A stretch of DNA of 61,562 bases, the filler included, from Globobulimina sp. (lineage: Eukaryota): the NCBI GenBank assembly GCA_003354225.1. It is 18 parts of 18 records of this genome, joined end to end, with 100 filler letters (N's around TTAATTAATTAA, not from the genome) between each part and the next. Parts side by side here need not be neighbours in the genome. Positions count along the whole stretch, not along the records: positions 23,994 to 27,319 come from PIVH01003079.1; positions 27,420 to 30,745 come from PIVH01003080.1; positions 30,846 to 34,171 come from PIVH01003081.1; positions 34,272 to 37,596 come from PIVH01003082.1; 14 more parts are not named here. The stretch is one strand, 5' to 3'. The notes under the pieces are model-generated. The model searched no databases, was not told the origin of the DNA, and worked only from the letters and a program-made list of their open reading frames with translations. Positions 23,994-35,559 of the stretch are shown piece after piece (the stretch's first letter is position 1; each line of letters opens with the position of its first letter). The position numbers and the translations under genes are program-made.

Positions 23994-26471
23994 AATTTGC
24001 GCGTTTTGATCCACAAAGAACAGCAATGCGAACAGCATATAAAATATATCTTAAACAACAACAAAACCGTGGATTTATCGCAATATGTACAAGATTTATC
24101 GCGTGCATTGGCGGAGGCGGACGAGATTGGATATTATTCTCCCACGGTATGCGTACAGTATTTGCATTATGTTTTATTTGATTAATAATTGAAAAAATGT
24201 TAGGTACAGCACGCCCGACAGACCTTAGAGCAGTTTACATCGCACGCAAAGATCAAAAAAAAATTGAAAACTGCGATAAAGGACTTTGAAATTGAAGCGA
24301 TTAAACATGGCTTAGAACGCGCGGATTTTGCCAATATAGGCAACAATGACCCTCTGATTATCGAAGCGGTGAACACTTTGAAGTATGTGGACCGGGAAAA
24401 GGATTTGTTGATGAAACTGCAGAAAGCGTTTGAATTTGGCGGATACTTAAAGAGCTCCAACATTATCGACTATTCATTTGCGCGGAAGTTGGATATCGAT
24501 GCTTTGACCGATGTGCTTCGCGAATGCCACCAATTTAAATTGAAGACGAAATACGGTCTGAGTTTGCTGAGGAAGACCAGACATATCATGCAGTTACGGA
24601 TTGCTTTGAAGAAGGCGTTGCTGGGACGGACCAACAACGAGTTGTGGAATATTGTGGTGAATGTGATCAATAACTCGATATTGGTGGACATGCCGGAGAT
24701 GACTACGAATAAAGAGATAGTTGCGGCGAACCAGATCATTTATATCTATTTCCGCGACAGTTTCAGCGAGAAATTTGCGGAGACTCTGCAGGATGCCATC
24801 AACCGAATGGATTACAATGTGATTAAGATGAAATTGAACGAGTTGTACCACGACAAGAAACAGTACGAATTGTCTGCAAAGTACGCGAGTTTGGTGGAGA
24901 GAGGCAAGGAATTGGTGATTGAGATGGAGTCAATTAACAATTATCTGCGGCGCGGCCTGGCCGAGAAGAATATGAATTTGTTGTCGCATGGCATCAACCG
25001 GGCGGACGACATTGGTTACACTGACAACAAATTGTTTGTCGCCGCGCATTTATATTATACGCAATACGGCACATTCGACGTGCGGTTAGCTGCCGCGATC
25101 CAGGAATTCGACATTGATGCTATGAAGTTGCTGTTGGATGAATGCGAGCAATACGAGAACAAGAAAAAGGACCCGAAGATCATTCAGATCAAAAACCTAA
25201 TCTTCAACACCTCGTTCGAGAAATTGCTGCAATTGCAACTCAACGCGGCGGTGTCGCAAAGAGACCCCGTCAAAGTCTGCAAAATCACGCTGAAATTAAA
25301 AAAACTGTTCTTTGAGAAAAACGACAAGAAATTCGAGTGGAAGTTGTATCCGTTATTGCTGTCTCCAGAGAGTTGGGCCAAAACCGCGGGGATCTTCGCC
25401 AAGAAAAGCAAGCTCAAAAAGTCCTTTTATCAGTGGACCAATAATCCGATCCATCACTCTCTGACCGATCTGAGTTATAACCACAACCACAACAAACGCG
25501 GCCGCGGCAAACACAGCAATAACTACAATTATCTGAAGAAATCCTCGTGTGAGATGTTCAAAAATATCATGGGAATTATGGGCGACCGCCACTACCAACA
25601 GCCACTGTCGCTGATTCAGGACATTTTGATCAAGATCCAAGATTTCATCCCGCTGAGAAACGAGTTCTACGCTCAAATCATCAAACAATTAACGAAAAAT
25701 CCCAACGGCGACTCTCGAGCGAATGGCTGGAATCTATTGATTGTCGTCTTAGACAGTTTGAAGCCTCCCAAAGATATCGAGAATTATTTGGAGAAATGGC
25801 TGCGAGACAATAAGCCGCCGAGAACTCAAAAGGTTGCAGCGCAGTCTGACGGCGATGAGTTTTATGTGCGGTTGTTGCACCAAACCATTTTCTTGGGATC
25901 GCGCAGCAAAATCCCTACATTGCAGCAGATCCAGTCTTTGATGAACGGCGTCGGCATTCGCTCCCTGATAAAGCCCGAAAAAAAGCAAGCGTCCGTGTCC
26001 TCGAAGTCGTCGTCCATTCATATACCGACCATCAACAAAGTAATAGGAAGTAATAGCAAATATGCGGAGCAAATGCCGCCTAAATTGACCTCCATCCACG
26101 AGGGCAAGTTGCAGCGGCAAAGAATGACATTGCAATGGAAGCGGACGGTGGAAAATATAAACAAATTTGAGAAGAATGAGGAGGAGAAAAATGAGCCCGG
26201 TGCTGTTTTGGCAGATCGAAATTTAAATAAAATATATTATTGTGGCTATATGATGGACGACGAGAGGGCGGCCCGCAACAATTTCCATTACGTACCGCAT
26301 CCGAAGACAAAGCCAAAGGCAAAGAAAAGAAAGCAACCGGGCGCGCTTTCAATGAAAATGAATATGCAACCCGGACAATCGCAGAAAGTGCGAAATCGAA
26401 ATCGAAATCGAAATGTGCCAAATAGTGTGACTGATCCTGTCAGAGACTATAACAATATCCTTGATTTGTAA
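23994..26471 (+). CDS. MyTH4-domain protein (likely myosin or kinesin tail), 5'-truncated; intron 24147-24203
   Basis: 'WTNNPIHHSLT', 'FKNIMGIMGDR', 'LRNEFYAQIIKQLTKNP...GWNLL', 'RSKIPT', preceded by helical repeats. Confidence 0.85.
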
Positions 26472-26603
26472 ATAATTTTATATATTCTTTTTGCTGTCTA
26501 ATGTAATATTTTGCTTTCTTTTTTTTATTACCATTCCTTTTAAAAATACATTTGACTTTTTAGGCTTAAACTTCTAAACACTTCTTTTGTGATTGGCAAG
26601 GTT

Positions 26604-26670
26604 TTTGGGTTAGCTAGAGTGGTTTTCAACCTAGTATTCGAAGTTGACCTACGTTTCGAATCCATCCACT
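26604..26670 (+). other. Degenerate tRNA-like segment with Pol III A-box and B-box-like motifs
   Basis: TAGCTAGAGTGG (26611-26622) and GTTTCGAATCC (26653-26663) at tRNA-like spacing; TCAAC/GTTGA stem between them. No full cloverleaf. Confidence 0.35.
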
Positions 26671-26674
26671 AGAT

Positions 26675-26847
26675 ACTAAACATCTTTCTAAACACTAAAC
26701 AATAAACACTAAACACCTAGACTAAACACTAAACACCAAGACTAAACACTAAACATCAAAACTAAACACTACATAACTAAACGCTAAACATCAAAACTAA
26801 ACGCTACACAACTAAACACTAAACATCAAACAAAACTAAACAAAAAC
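26675..26847. repeat. ACTAAAC-based minisatellite with higher-order ~20-31-nt units
   Basis: More than a dozen ACTAAAC/GCTAAAC copies, e.g. ACTAAACACTAAACACC(T/A)AG twice. Confidence 0.9.
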
Positions 26848-27419
26848 CATTAGACCAAAAATGTTTTTTCAAGATGATGGTTTCAAATTCATAATGTCAT
26901 TACAATAATCCAGTTTTCTTTTGTTATGTTCCAATAGTCTTGTAATCCATTCACGACTTGTTTTCTCAATTGACCATCCTTCTTTAGAACCATGTTGTTT
27001 CATTTGTTCCCAATTAACTGTCAAAAACAACCATTTACTTAAAATTGCAGTTACCCATACTTGATGTAAGCAGTCTCCTGATATTCTTCGTTTTTGAAGT
27101 GCTGGTTGGTTACAATCTTCTATATCATCATTCAATTCCAACATTCTTTTCTTGGTAATATTCTTCTCTTGCTTATTTTTTATCCCCAAAAATATCAATG
27201 TGGTTTCCATATCCTTTATTTTCACTGCTTCATCACACCATGCTTCAATAACAGGAGCACAATAAAGCTCATGGCCTTTTGTCATACACCATCTTTTGTT
27301 ATTAGCTAATTTCGATAATNNNNNNNNNNNNNNNNNNNNNNNNNNNNNNNNNNNNNNNNNNNNTTAATTAATTAANNNNNNNNNNNNNNNNNNNNNNNNN
27401 NNNNNNNNNNNNNNNNNNN

Positions 27420-29443
27420 GATGTCGTATTATCACATAAATCCATTTTAAAACTACTATTATCTGCTTTTAATGTAGAACAATGACTCGATCTCTGTTCT
27501 TGATCAAACGGTACATGTTTTTGCAACGACCGTTTGTTTTCCTGAGACATTGTAGATGATGACGCCTTGGATAACCTCGCTGCGGTTAATAACAATGTAT
27601 GATTTGGAAACACGCCCATTTCCAATTTGGTTGAATTGGTATTTGTGGCCTCCGCCTCCTCCGCATCGATAATAACTGCAACTTTGGGCACTGGCGTCAT
27701 CTCATTATCTTTTATAGCGGACAGAGGTGTCATTGCACCGGATTTAGTAAAATTATTCGAAACGTTTGGCGAGTTTAATGTTGCATGATTTACTGTTTTA
27801 GTCTCTGATATTGTACCTCTACTTTTTCTATCCCAAAACAATAATCTTTTACTTTTGGGCTTATTATGTGTAAACACATAGGTTTTATCCATAACTTCGT
27901 GTTTTATTTTCAATAAATTGACTAGATTTATAAATCCATTTTGAACGCTGTATGGCAAATTGACTTGGTATTCAGCTGAAGAATGAATGTACTTTTTGAA
28001 TATTAATAAAATTGACTGCTCCCAATTCCATACATGTACACTGTTATTATTTGCTGACGACACCGGAATTGCAGAACTTAATTCGAACTCAATTTTATCC
28101 AACGGAGCGATATCAAAAGCAACAAAGTCTTTGTTTGTGGAGAGATAAATCCATTGAATAAATTCAATGAAACATAGCAAATTTTCAATGGCAAATTCTG
28201 CTCTAAGATGTTTGACGAAAAAGTTGATTGCCACGGGATGTGCTATTAACATATTGAATAGTTTCTGATTGGAGGGACCCTGTGTCTTTTGGACAGAGCT
28301 GACAGTTCTAATCCGACTGCGAGGGACAGCCATACTGTGCTTAAAAGGCGCTACGTTGTGCTTCAAGCGGCCATAATCAAATCCAGTGTCATCAAATTGC
28401 TTTATTTTATTTAATATGATATACTCAGATATTACGACTGTACCTGTTTTTATTTGCATGTGTTATCAAAAAAACAATCAATTTATAGAAACATTGTGTA
28501 TGTTACAAACTGCGGTGTAACACCTTCAGAGCATCCAACATCAAAAACCAGATTACTGATATCAGTACGTACCGAAATTAGCAATGGTAATGGCAGATGT
28601 TTGTATTTCATTGAACAGTCCACCTAAAAGTGTGTCTGAGCTCCATACAATCATTGCAATATACAGAGCCAAGCAAGAACCACAGAGACAGAGCCAATAT
28701 CGTAATTCTTTTCTGACAAAATAAGCGTCCTCGAATTTGGGTGTTTTCATAAACAAATACGTAACGAATACAATGGGAATAAATAACCAGAAAACGTATA
28801 TTAAGCTCGATATGTTGGGGGATAGGGAAAATAGCTTTGGATGTTGACAAATTGTAACAAACATATCAACCACACTGCCGATGAGGATGTAGGTTATGAA
28901 ATATTTTGATACATATTTCCAATTGCCGAATGTGGTGCGATTTCGGGAGTAAAAGTCTGTGTTATTCACTGTAGATATTTATAAATTATAAGTAATTTTT
29001 GAGTTAATTTATAGGTACAGAGAATTATCAAAGCAACCTGTGTCTGATAGAAGTGACTGCCAATCGCGCGTAGACATAGAAACTGCATAATTGATGTTAA
29101 AATGTATTAAATAGACTCTGAACACGACCATCACAATTATAATTAATAGGAATGGCGGGAATAAAATGCGTGCAATGAATACAGCGGAGTTAGTTTTGAA
29201 AATGTCCAGATTTACACCAGATTCGAGATAGTAAAACTGTTCACATATTAATGAATGGATCATCGCAAATATGCCAGAAGCTATAAGTACGGCAGGATAA
29301 CGTGTTTGCAATCCGGGATGGTGGCGATGTCGATAGAGATTTATTGTTGCATAGATTTCAAATGGGATTATAATGAGCCATATCAATCCAACCCATGTAG
29401 ATGCATATATGCAGGCTGGCAGATTTTCGCAAAGTGCCATCAT
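27420..29443 (-). CDS. 7TM-RGS protein (3 exons, 3'-truncated)
   Basis: Introns 29037-28969 and 28572-28444 keep the frame. TM region has 'TRYP' and 'DAYFVRKEL'; RGS box is 'FVKHLRAEFAIENLLCFIE...KYI...AEYQVNL'. Confidence 0.85.
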
Positions 29444-30257
29444 GAAAGTGACTCACTTCAACACTTCTACTGTACTGCTACTAACATGACCTGTCATTAC
29501 AACATAGACACTGTGTTGAAAGGTAGATATAGGAGAACATTTATGGATATCAACACTGATATTGGAAATATCAAAGTGATAAATTATCCGGCGAAGCATA
29601 TTTGGTATTTGGAAGACATTGCAGACGAGTTGCTGCGTTTGCTTATGGTAGGTTTCATCATTGGTATGAATATGTTTACGATGGAAGAGGTATTGATATT
29701 AAAACGGGAATATCAGTAAAATCGAAACATTGGAAAAGTGAAAACGGTGCAAAAAAACATGGATATGAGGAATTATGCAGAGAATTGCATCGCAGAAAGA
29801 TTATATGATTTTATCAACATACATTAAACAAAATTAAAAAAAAAACTTGTGTGAAAATTAAGCACACAACATTGAAAAAAATAAATAAATGTTTGTTATG
29901 TTCATTTTTAATTTGATCTTATCTTATTGTTATGTTCATTTTTCTCAGGGGTTGGTTCTTTGTGCACACTATGCTGTTTTATTATGTTTTATTATGTGTT
30001 TCTATGTTATCAGTATGTGCAAGATTACTGGAACTTCTTTGCTTAAAAATATTTTTACTGTCACCACACTTAAAAACTTTTTCTTTTTGTTATGTATGAA
30101 TTATCAATGCGCACCAAAACCATCTTGAGAAAAATAGCATTGACAGTAAAGAGTTGGTTCGAGTGAAAGTGGATAGCTAGATAGGTTGTAATAGTATTTA
30201 CTAGCGACATGTGATGTTCATGATGAGAGAGACGAAAAACTGAAGTAGTAAAAGAGC

Positions 30258-30745
30258 ATGTCAACCTTACAAAAAGTGGTTGTGCTATTACTTTTAAGCA
30301 ACACATGTCTGAGTCAATATAACTATCTATGCGACTTCAACAGCAAATTCACAGAAAATGACCCTGGCTCATGGACTCAACAACCAAATTGTGAGGTCTC
30401 TCAAGGTTTGCACTCGTGTTCACATTTGTATTTAATATCTGCTCGGAAATGTTTATTACATCATTCCAAATCTAGATGACGTTAATTTATTGGTTGCAGT
30501 CATATGGCTCGGTGCTGACGCATCCACTCTTTCATGGACTGATTATAAAATTGAATCAAAATTTCAAATAGTTCAAGCTGAGTTAACTTCAGTTGGTATA
30601 ATATTCCGAGTCAACTCTATAGGCAATGATTGGTATAGTGGCAGATTTTATGCGGTTGAAGCTGACTACGGTAATAATAGAATAGGTAATCATTATTACA
30701 ACGTGTATGAAAATAATTATTCTGCGGGTACTTATGTATCTGAAA
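30258..30745 (+). CDS. Secreted protein with concanavalin-A/DUF1080-like beta-sandwich start, 3'-truncated; intron 30406-30475
   Basis: Signal peptide, then 'WTDYKIESKF...VGIIFRV...FYAV'. Confidence 0.5.
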
Positions 30746-30845
30746 NNNNNNNNNNNNNNNNNNNNNNNNNNNNNNNNNNNNNNNNNNNNTTAATTAATTA
30801 ANNNNNNNNNNNNNNNNNNNNNNNNNNNNNNNNNNNNNNNNNNNN

Positions 30846-33800
30846 GCAGTAATTTTGGTGGTAAAAAACAAAACAAAATCAAAAATAAGTTAGCATCATA
30901 GATGTATTTAGTTCTACTTTGTGTAGGCTTATCATGATAACAAACAGAAAAATTAAAATTGTAAAGTTGAGGATTTAGGTCATTTTGGATTGCGGCAGAT
31001 TCCTCATTCTTAGCTAGTTTCTTTGCAATTCTTTTTTCGCCTAAAACGAAATCATTTTCTTCATTAGCTTGAGCATAAATTACAATTTTTATATGCATTT
31101 TGTAGGCGTTGTATGCATATATCATTGCTTTGGTCTTTGCTAGTTTATTGTAAAAATAATATATATAAATATAAATATAATATAAAAATAAATTTTGAGT
31201 GATTGTCTGTGCTTTTTTTGTTTTAGTTTCTTGTGTATCGTCGGCCTCCTTTTTTCCTTTTTTATTCAGTTTGTTTATTTTTATTTTTATGTTGTTTTTA
31301 TTTACATACTTGCGTTGGATCTCTGCTCTGTCTTTTTTAATATTTCGTTTTTGTTGTTTTTCCCATGTTACTTGCTTTAATGTTGTGTATTTTCTTAATG
31401 TTTCATTTTGTTTCATTATGTCTCTCTCTTTTTTGCAATGCTCCATTATTTCTTCTTTCTTACTACAAATAATAATTACTTGCGCCATAAATGCTTGGTC
31501 TTGTTCCTTTTTTTTGTTTTTCCCTTTCATTTCTTGGTCAGCTTTTTCCTCTGTTTCCTTTTTTTCCTTTTCCTCTTTTTTATTCAACTCCGCATACACG
31601 TCTTCTGTCGCCATTATTTGCAATTTTTGTGTTGATATTGGTAATATTACAACTGATTTTTTGTAGCTTTTGGTTCCTGTTTCCATCGGCTTTCCATTGA
31701 TTACATATTTAATTTTTGTTTCGGTGTTTAATAATACCGCACAAATGTCTTCTTGGTCATGTATTGGCATTAGATCTATTTCGTATGCCATTGGTTCTTC
31801 ATCTTGTGGTGATTCTAATTGTATTGCATAGATTAAATTGCCATCAACTCCTGTTAATAATTTCGTTAATGTCATCCACGCGTTTGTTATTTTTAATGCT
31901 TGCACTTTTAAGTGGAGATTCTCGCCGGTGTTTCGGTCTTTTGTTGTAAGATATATTTGGAAGTCATTGGTTTGTTCATCTGGGGATATACTGTATGTCC
32001 CTTCAACCGGTGACTCTCTTGCTTTTAGTCTCCAGGCCGCTGAGTGAGTCATCCAATGATATACTGCTTTATTTAAGGGATTCCACATTTGATCCATTAA
32101 TTCCACTGCTTTTGGTGAATCAGCAATGTTTCTCTCAATTAATTGCAATTCTTTTTCTTTTCCTATCTTTTGCGTGTTTGATTTGCATTGCTTTAATTCA
32201 TATTGTAATGCTTCAATTGCCTCCTTTGTGAGGTCTTTGATATCAATGATCGCTGTTTGCTCTCTTATTGCTTCAATTGTGGAGTCTGGTTTTGGTGGCT
32301 GCACATTTTGTGCTATTTTCATTTCATTTCTGTTTTCCTCATTTTGCATCATTTTGTCCCTTTTTGCTTCTTCGTATTGTATTTGGGCGATAACTTCCAT
32401 GGTTTCGATCGTTTTTCTTGCTCTGTCTTGTTGCTCAATATTTGCATCCATTTGTTCAATCACTTTGGTTTGCAATGCTTCAATTTGCTCCTTGTGTTTT
32501 TTTTTCATTCTCTCAATTGACTGCACTAAATTTGCTCTTTTCTCCTCATATTCTTGCTGTAATCTGATATTTTCATTTTGCGCCTCTTGCAATATTATTT
32601 TATCATTGTTATTGTCGTCGTCTTCATCGATATCCATTCCTTTTGTTTTTTCACTTAATTGGTTCATTAATTGCTCAATTCTTTGTTTTAATGCTCTTTT
32701 TTCATTGGCTGCCTCTTCTTCGTTACTTAATAATATTTTAATGGCTGCATCCGATCTCTTACTGCTTTCTTTTGCATTTTCTTGGATTTTTTTGATTTTT
32801 TCCTTTAATTTTTGGTTTTTTTCATTATTTTGTTTTAATTTTTTGTTATTTGCCATCATCATTTTTTTGTTTTTCTCTTTTGTTTTAATTGTGTCATCCA
32901 ATAACTCATTGTATGCTTCCTTGAATTCATTGGCTTTATTTTCAATTTCATCGATCACTTTATTGTGTTCCGTGGATCGTTGTTTTGTTAAATCAATTTG
33001 GTCCGCCACTTGTTGCTTATAATGCGCTGCTGCGTTGTCACACAATTTCTTTTTTTTTCTTATTGCATTCAATTCTTGTTTTGTTTCTGCTAATTCTTCT
33101 TTTGCTCGTTTTGAGGCAATGATTTGTGCTCTCATTTCTAATATTTTTTGTTGCGCGTTTTGATATTTGTCATATTGTTTAAATGATTCCTGTTCATGGT
33201 CTGCTGTGCAGTTTATTTGGTGATTTAATTTGTTTTGTAATGCAAAATTTTTCCTTTCTAAATCAGTGCATTTTGATATCCATTTATTTTGCTCTCTTTG
33301 TCTGTTTGCCTCTTTTCTCATTTCTTCTGGCGTTGGTTTTGGCGATTTTGCTCTTGGTGTTATTGGTTTTGGTTTGCTTACTTTTACTCTCTGTTGTTTT
33401 TTGGAGATTCTGTCTGGATTTTGTGCCTTTTTTACTTGTTTTTTTTGTTGTTTTTTCCCATTTTCATTCTCATTTTCTTTATTTGCTGCCTCATGATTTT
33501 CTTTTTTATTTTCTTGCACTTTTGCACTATTTTTCCTTTTTAAAATTGTATTTATTGCTACATCATCATCGCTGTCTGAGCTGCTCTCATCCATTTTTAT
33601 TGGGTCGTGTTCATTGATTTGGTCACTTTGCAATTGTTCCCTGTCATTTTTAATTCGCTCTCTTATCGCTTTCATATCATTTAATTTCCTCCTTTTTGTA
33701 GGCGGCGTTGGCGCAATTTGCTGTTTTGTATTCATTGAATGTTGCAATGCTCTCTTATAGGATATACTCACCGTTGCTTTCTTGTTATTTTTCTTATTTG

Positions 33801-33861
33801 TAATTGGCACTAAATTCAATTTTTTTTGTTTGCTCTTTTTTTTATTCGAGTTTCCACTCAT
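30846..33861 (-). CDS. Large intronless K/E/Q-rich coiled-coil protein of unknown function
   Basis: About 1000 stop-free codons from MSGNSNKKK with an extremely A-rich coding strand. The last ~120 codons look non-coding, so the true end is unclear. Confidence 0.6.
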
Positions 33862-34547
33862 TTTGCTTTGCTTGTTATTCTGTTTTATATTATAAGTTTT
33901 GTTAATTTTGTTTATTTGTATTGGTATATTCTTACCTTGCTTTTGCTTCTTGTTTTGTTTTGTTTTTGCTTTTGTTTCTTTCACGAAGGTATTACTAGTT
34001 TGCTTTAGCTTTTTAGTTAAGGTTTTTTTTATTATTTTCAAGTTTTTTGTGTTTTTTGTTTTTTTATTTTGTTTCCGGATTTTATGCATTTTATATTGAT
34101 TTTTTATGCATTTTATGTTTTGCGTTATGCATTTTAAATTATAATTTGTTGTGTTTGCTATGCATTTTGTTNNNNNNNNNNNNNNNNNNNNNNNNNNNNN
34201 NNNNNNNNNNNNNNNTTAATTAATTAANNNNNNNNNNNNNNNNNNNNNNNNNNNNNNNNNNNNNNNNNNNNATAAGTATAACAGAATAACTTCCATCCTT
34301 TTTTAGCTTAAATTCAATGGTGGTTTTATCTATTGGTGACTCAAAAGGGAAGTCAAATTTGCAATATGATTCACCATTTTTTTTATATCGTGTACAATAT
34401 GAATTACATCTATGACGCTGTACTGTATTTATTATATCACTATAATCTTTATCAAAAAAACTGGAAATTACATTACAAATCAGACAATTCCATGATAAAT
34501 GTCATGAAAAAAATGAATATTTACGATTATTGGGTCAATATTCAGTT

Positions 34548-35558
34548 ATGTCATTCCGTGAATATGTCAGTGCTTTAAAACGGAAAAAAGATGAATTAAC
34601 TGACAATATTTTAGCTGTTAATAAACAATTAAACAACGCACGAATTGCATATCAAACACGACTCCATACGACAGAAACTAAGACAAATGACGCATTTATA
34701 ACGCATCCAAATATTCATATTGATCATATGAGAAATGAATTAGCCACATTTGAACACAAAATCAACCAACATTTCCTATTAACAGTTCATTTAATAAATA
34801 AAAAATGTACATCAATATGCAAAGAATTATCAATTTTATATAAAAAATTAAATATCATTGACGACAGTTTTGAACATGATACATTTAAATGGCTATATAT
34901 CACAAAAATTGTTGATACATTAAACGCAAATTCATCAAAGTTCATAATATATGATAAATGCAATGAGATTGATAAGGATCAAATTGTCACAATATTCACA
35001 AAAAAGGACCGTAACATATTTACCGACGACGACCATGAAATGCGTTACGAGAATGAAAACCATATTGATATTATCACAAAATTTAAGTTGCATTATCTTA
35101 GAATGCCGCATTTTAAATTAACAGATGAATTCCCAGAGAAACCTGCATTTAATTTCCATTTTATACGTTTCCACCGCGATAAAATCAAATATAAATATCA
35201 AATTATTCGCGAACATGGAAATAAATCCGATATTGCACAAATTCCGCGACAATTTAAGCAAACTCCAAATAATCGCGGACGCGGATGCGAACGAGGCAGA
35301 ATCCACAAATATAAACCATATCAATCACGATATAGATATAAAAATGTCGGAAGAAGACGAGGTATTTCACGTGGCAGAGCCCGTGGAATTGGCAGAGGTC
35401 AACAAAAAGGTCCATACAGAGGACGAGGACGAGGGCGCGGACGTGGACGTGGACGTGGTCGATATTCTAAACGTTACCGTGGATACAATGCACGGCGACC
35501 ACGATATAGCAGATATTCAAAATATACTCAAAACAAAAAACAACCACAAAAATATTAA
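34548..35558 (+). CDS. ORF1 of the Penelope-like element: coiled coil + RG/RGG-rich basic tail
   Basis: 'YRGRGRGRGRGRGRGRY'; lies directly upstream of the RT; frame is open from 34446. Confidence 0.6.
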   Translation: MSFREYVSALKRKKDELTDNILAVNKQLNNARIAYQTRLHTTETKTNDAFITHPNIHIDHMRNELATFEHKINQHFLLTVHLINKKCTSICKELSILYKKLNIIDDSFEHDTFKWLYITKIVDTLNANSSKFIIYDKCNEIDKDQIVTIFTKKDRNIFTDDDHEMRYENENHIDIITKFKLHYLRMPHFKLTDEFPEKPAFNFHFIRFHRDKIKYKYQIIREHGNKSDIAQIPRQFKQTPNNRGRGCERGRIHKYKPYQSRYRYKNVGRRRGISRGRARGIGRGQQKGPYRGRGRGRGRGRGRGRYSKRYRGYNARRPRYSRYSKYTQNKKQPQKY

Positions 35559-35559
35559 T

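Noticed and set aside
26604-26670. Functional tRNA gene
   Set aside because: The acceptor and T stems do not pair and the anticodon-position loop is 12 nt; kept only as a tRNA-like relic.
26675-26847. ACTAAAC array as a telomere
   Set aside because: It is internal to a contig, degenerate, has higher-order units and lacks the CCC run of TTAGGG/TTTAGGG-type repeats.
26869-27319. 138-aa ORF as a transposase fragment
   Set aside because: No DDE, HTH or zinc-finger motif is recognisable.
6977-29443. G-alpha, 7TM and 7TM-RGS genes as a physical cluster
   Set aside because: They lie on separate contigs ordered only by length.
29486-29808. Small gene upstream of the 7TM-RGS
   Set aside because: Two overlapping short frames with stops, no clear start and no motif; at most a pseudogene fragment.
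31195-34099. Phe/Leu/Ser-rich plus-strand ORFs as membrane proteins (also 5933-6389 and 9696-10179 on the minus strand)
   Set aside because: They are antisense shadows of K/E-rich coding sequence.
35125-35540. Acidic 'EDEDEGADVDVDV' ORF as a separate protein
   Set aside because: It is the +1 frame reading of the RG repeat of ORF1; only its 3' end plausibly belongs to the RT.
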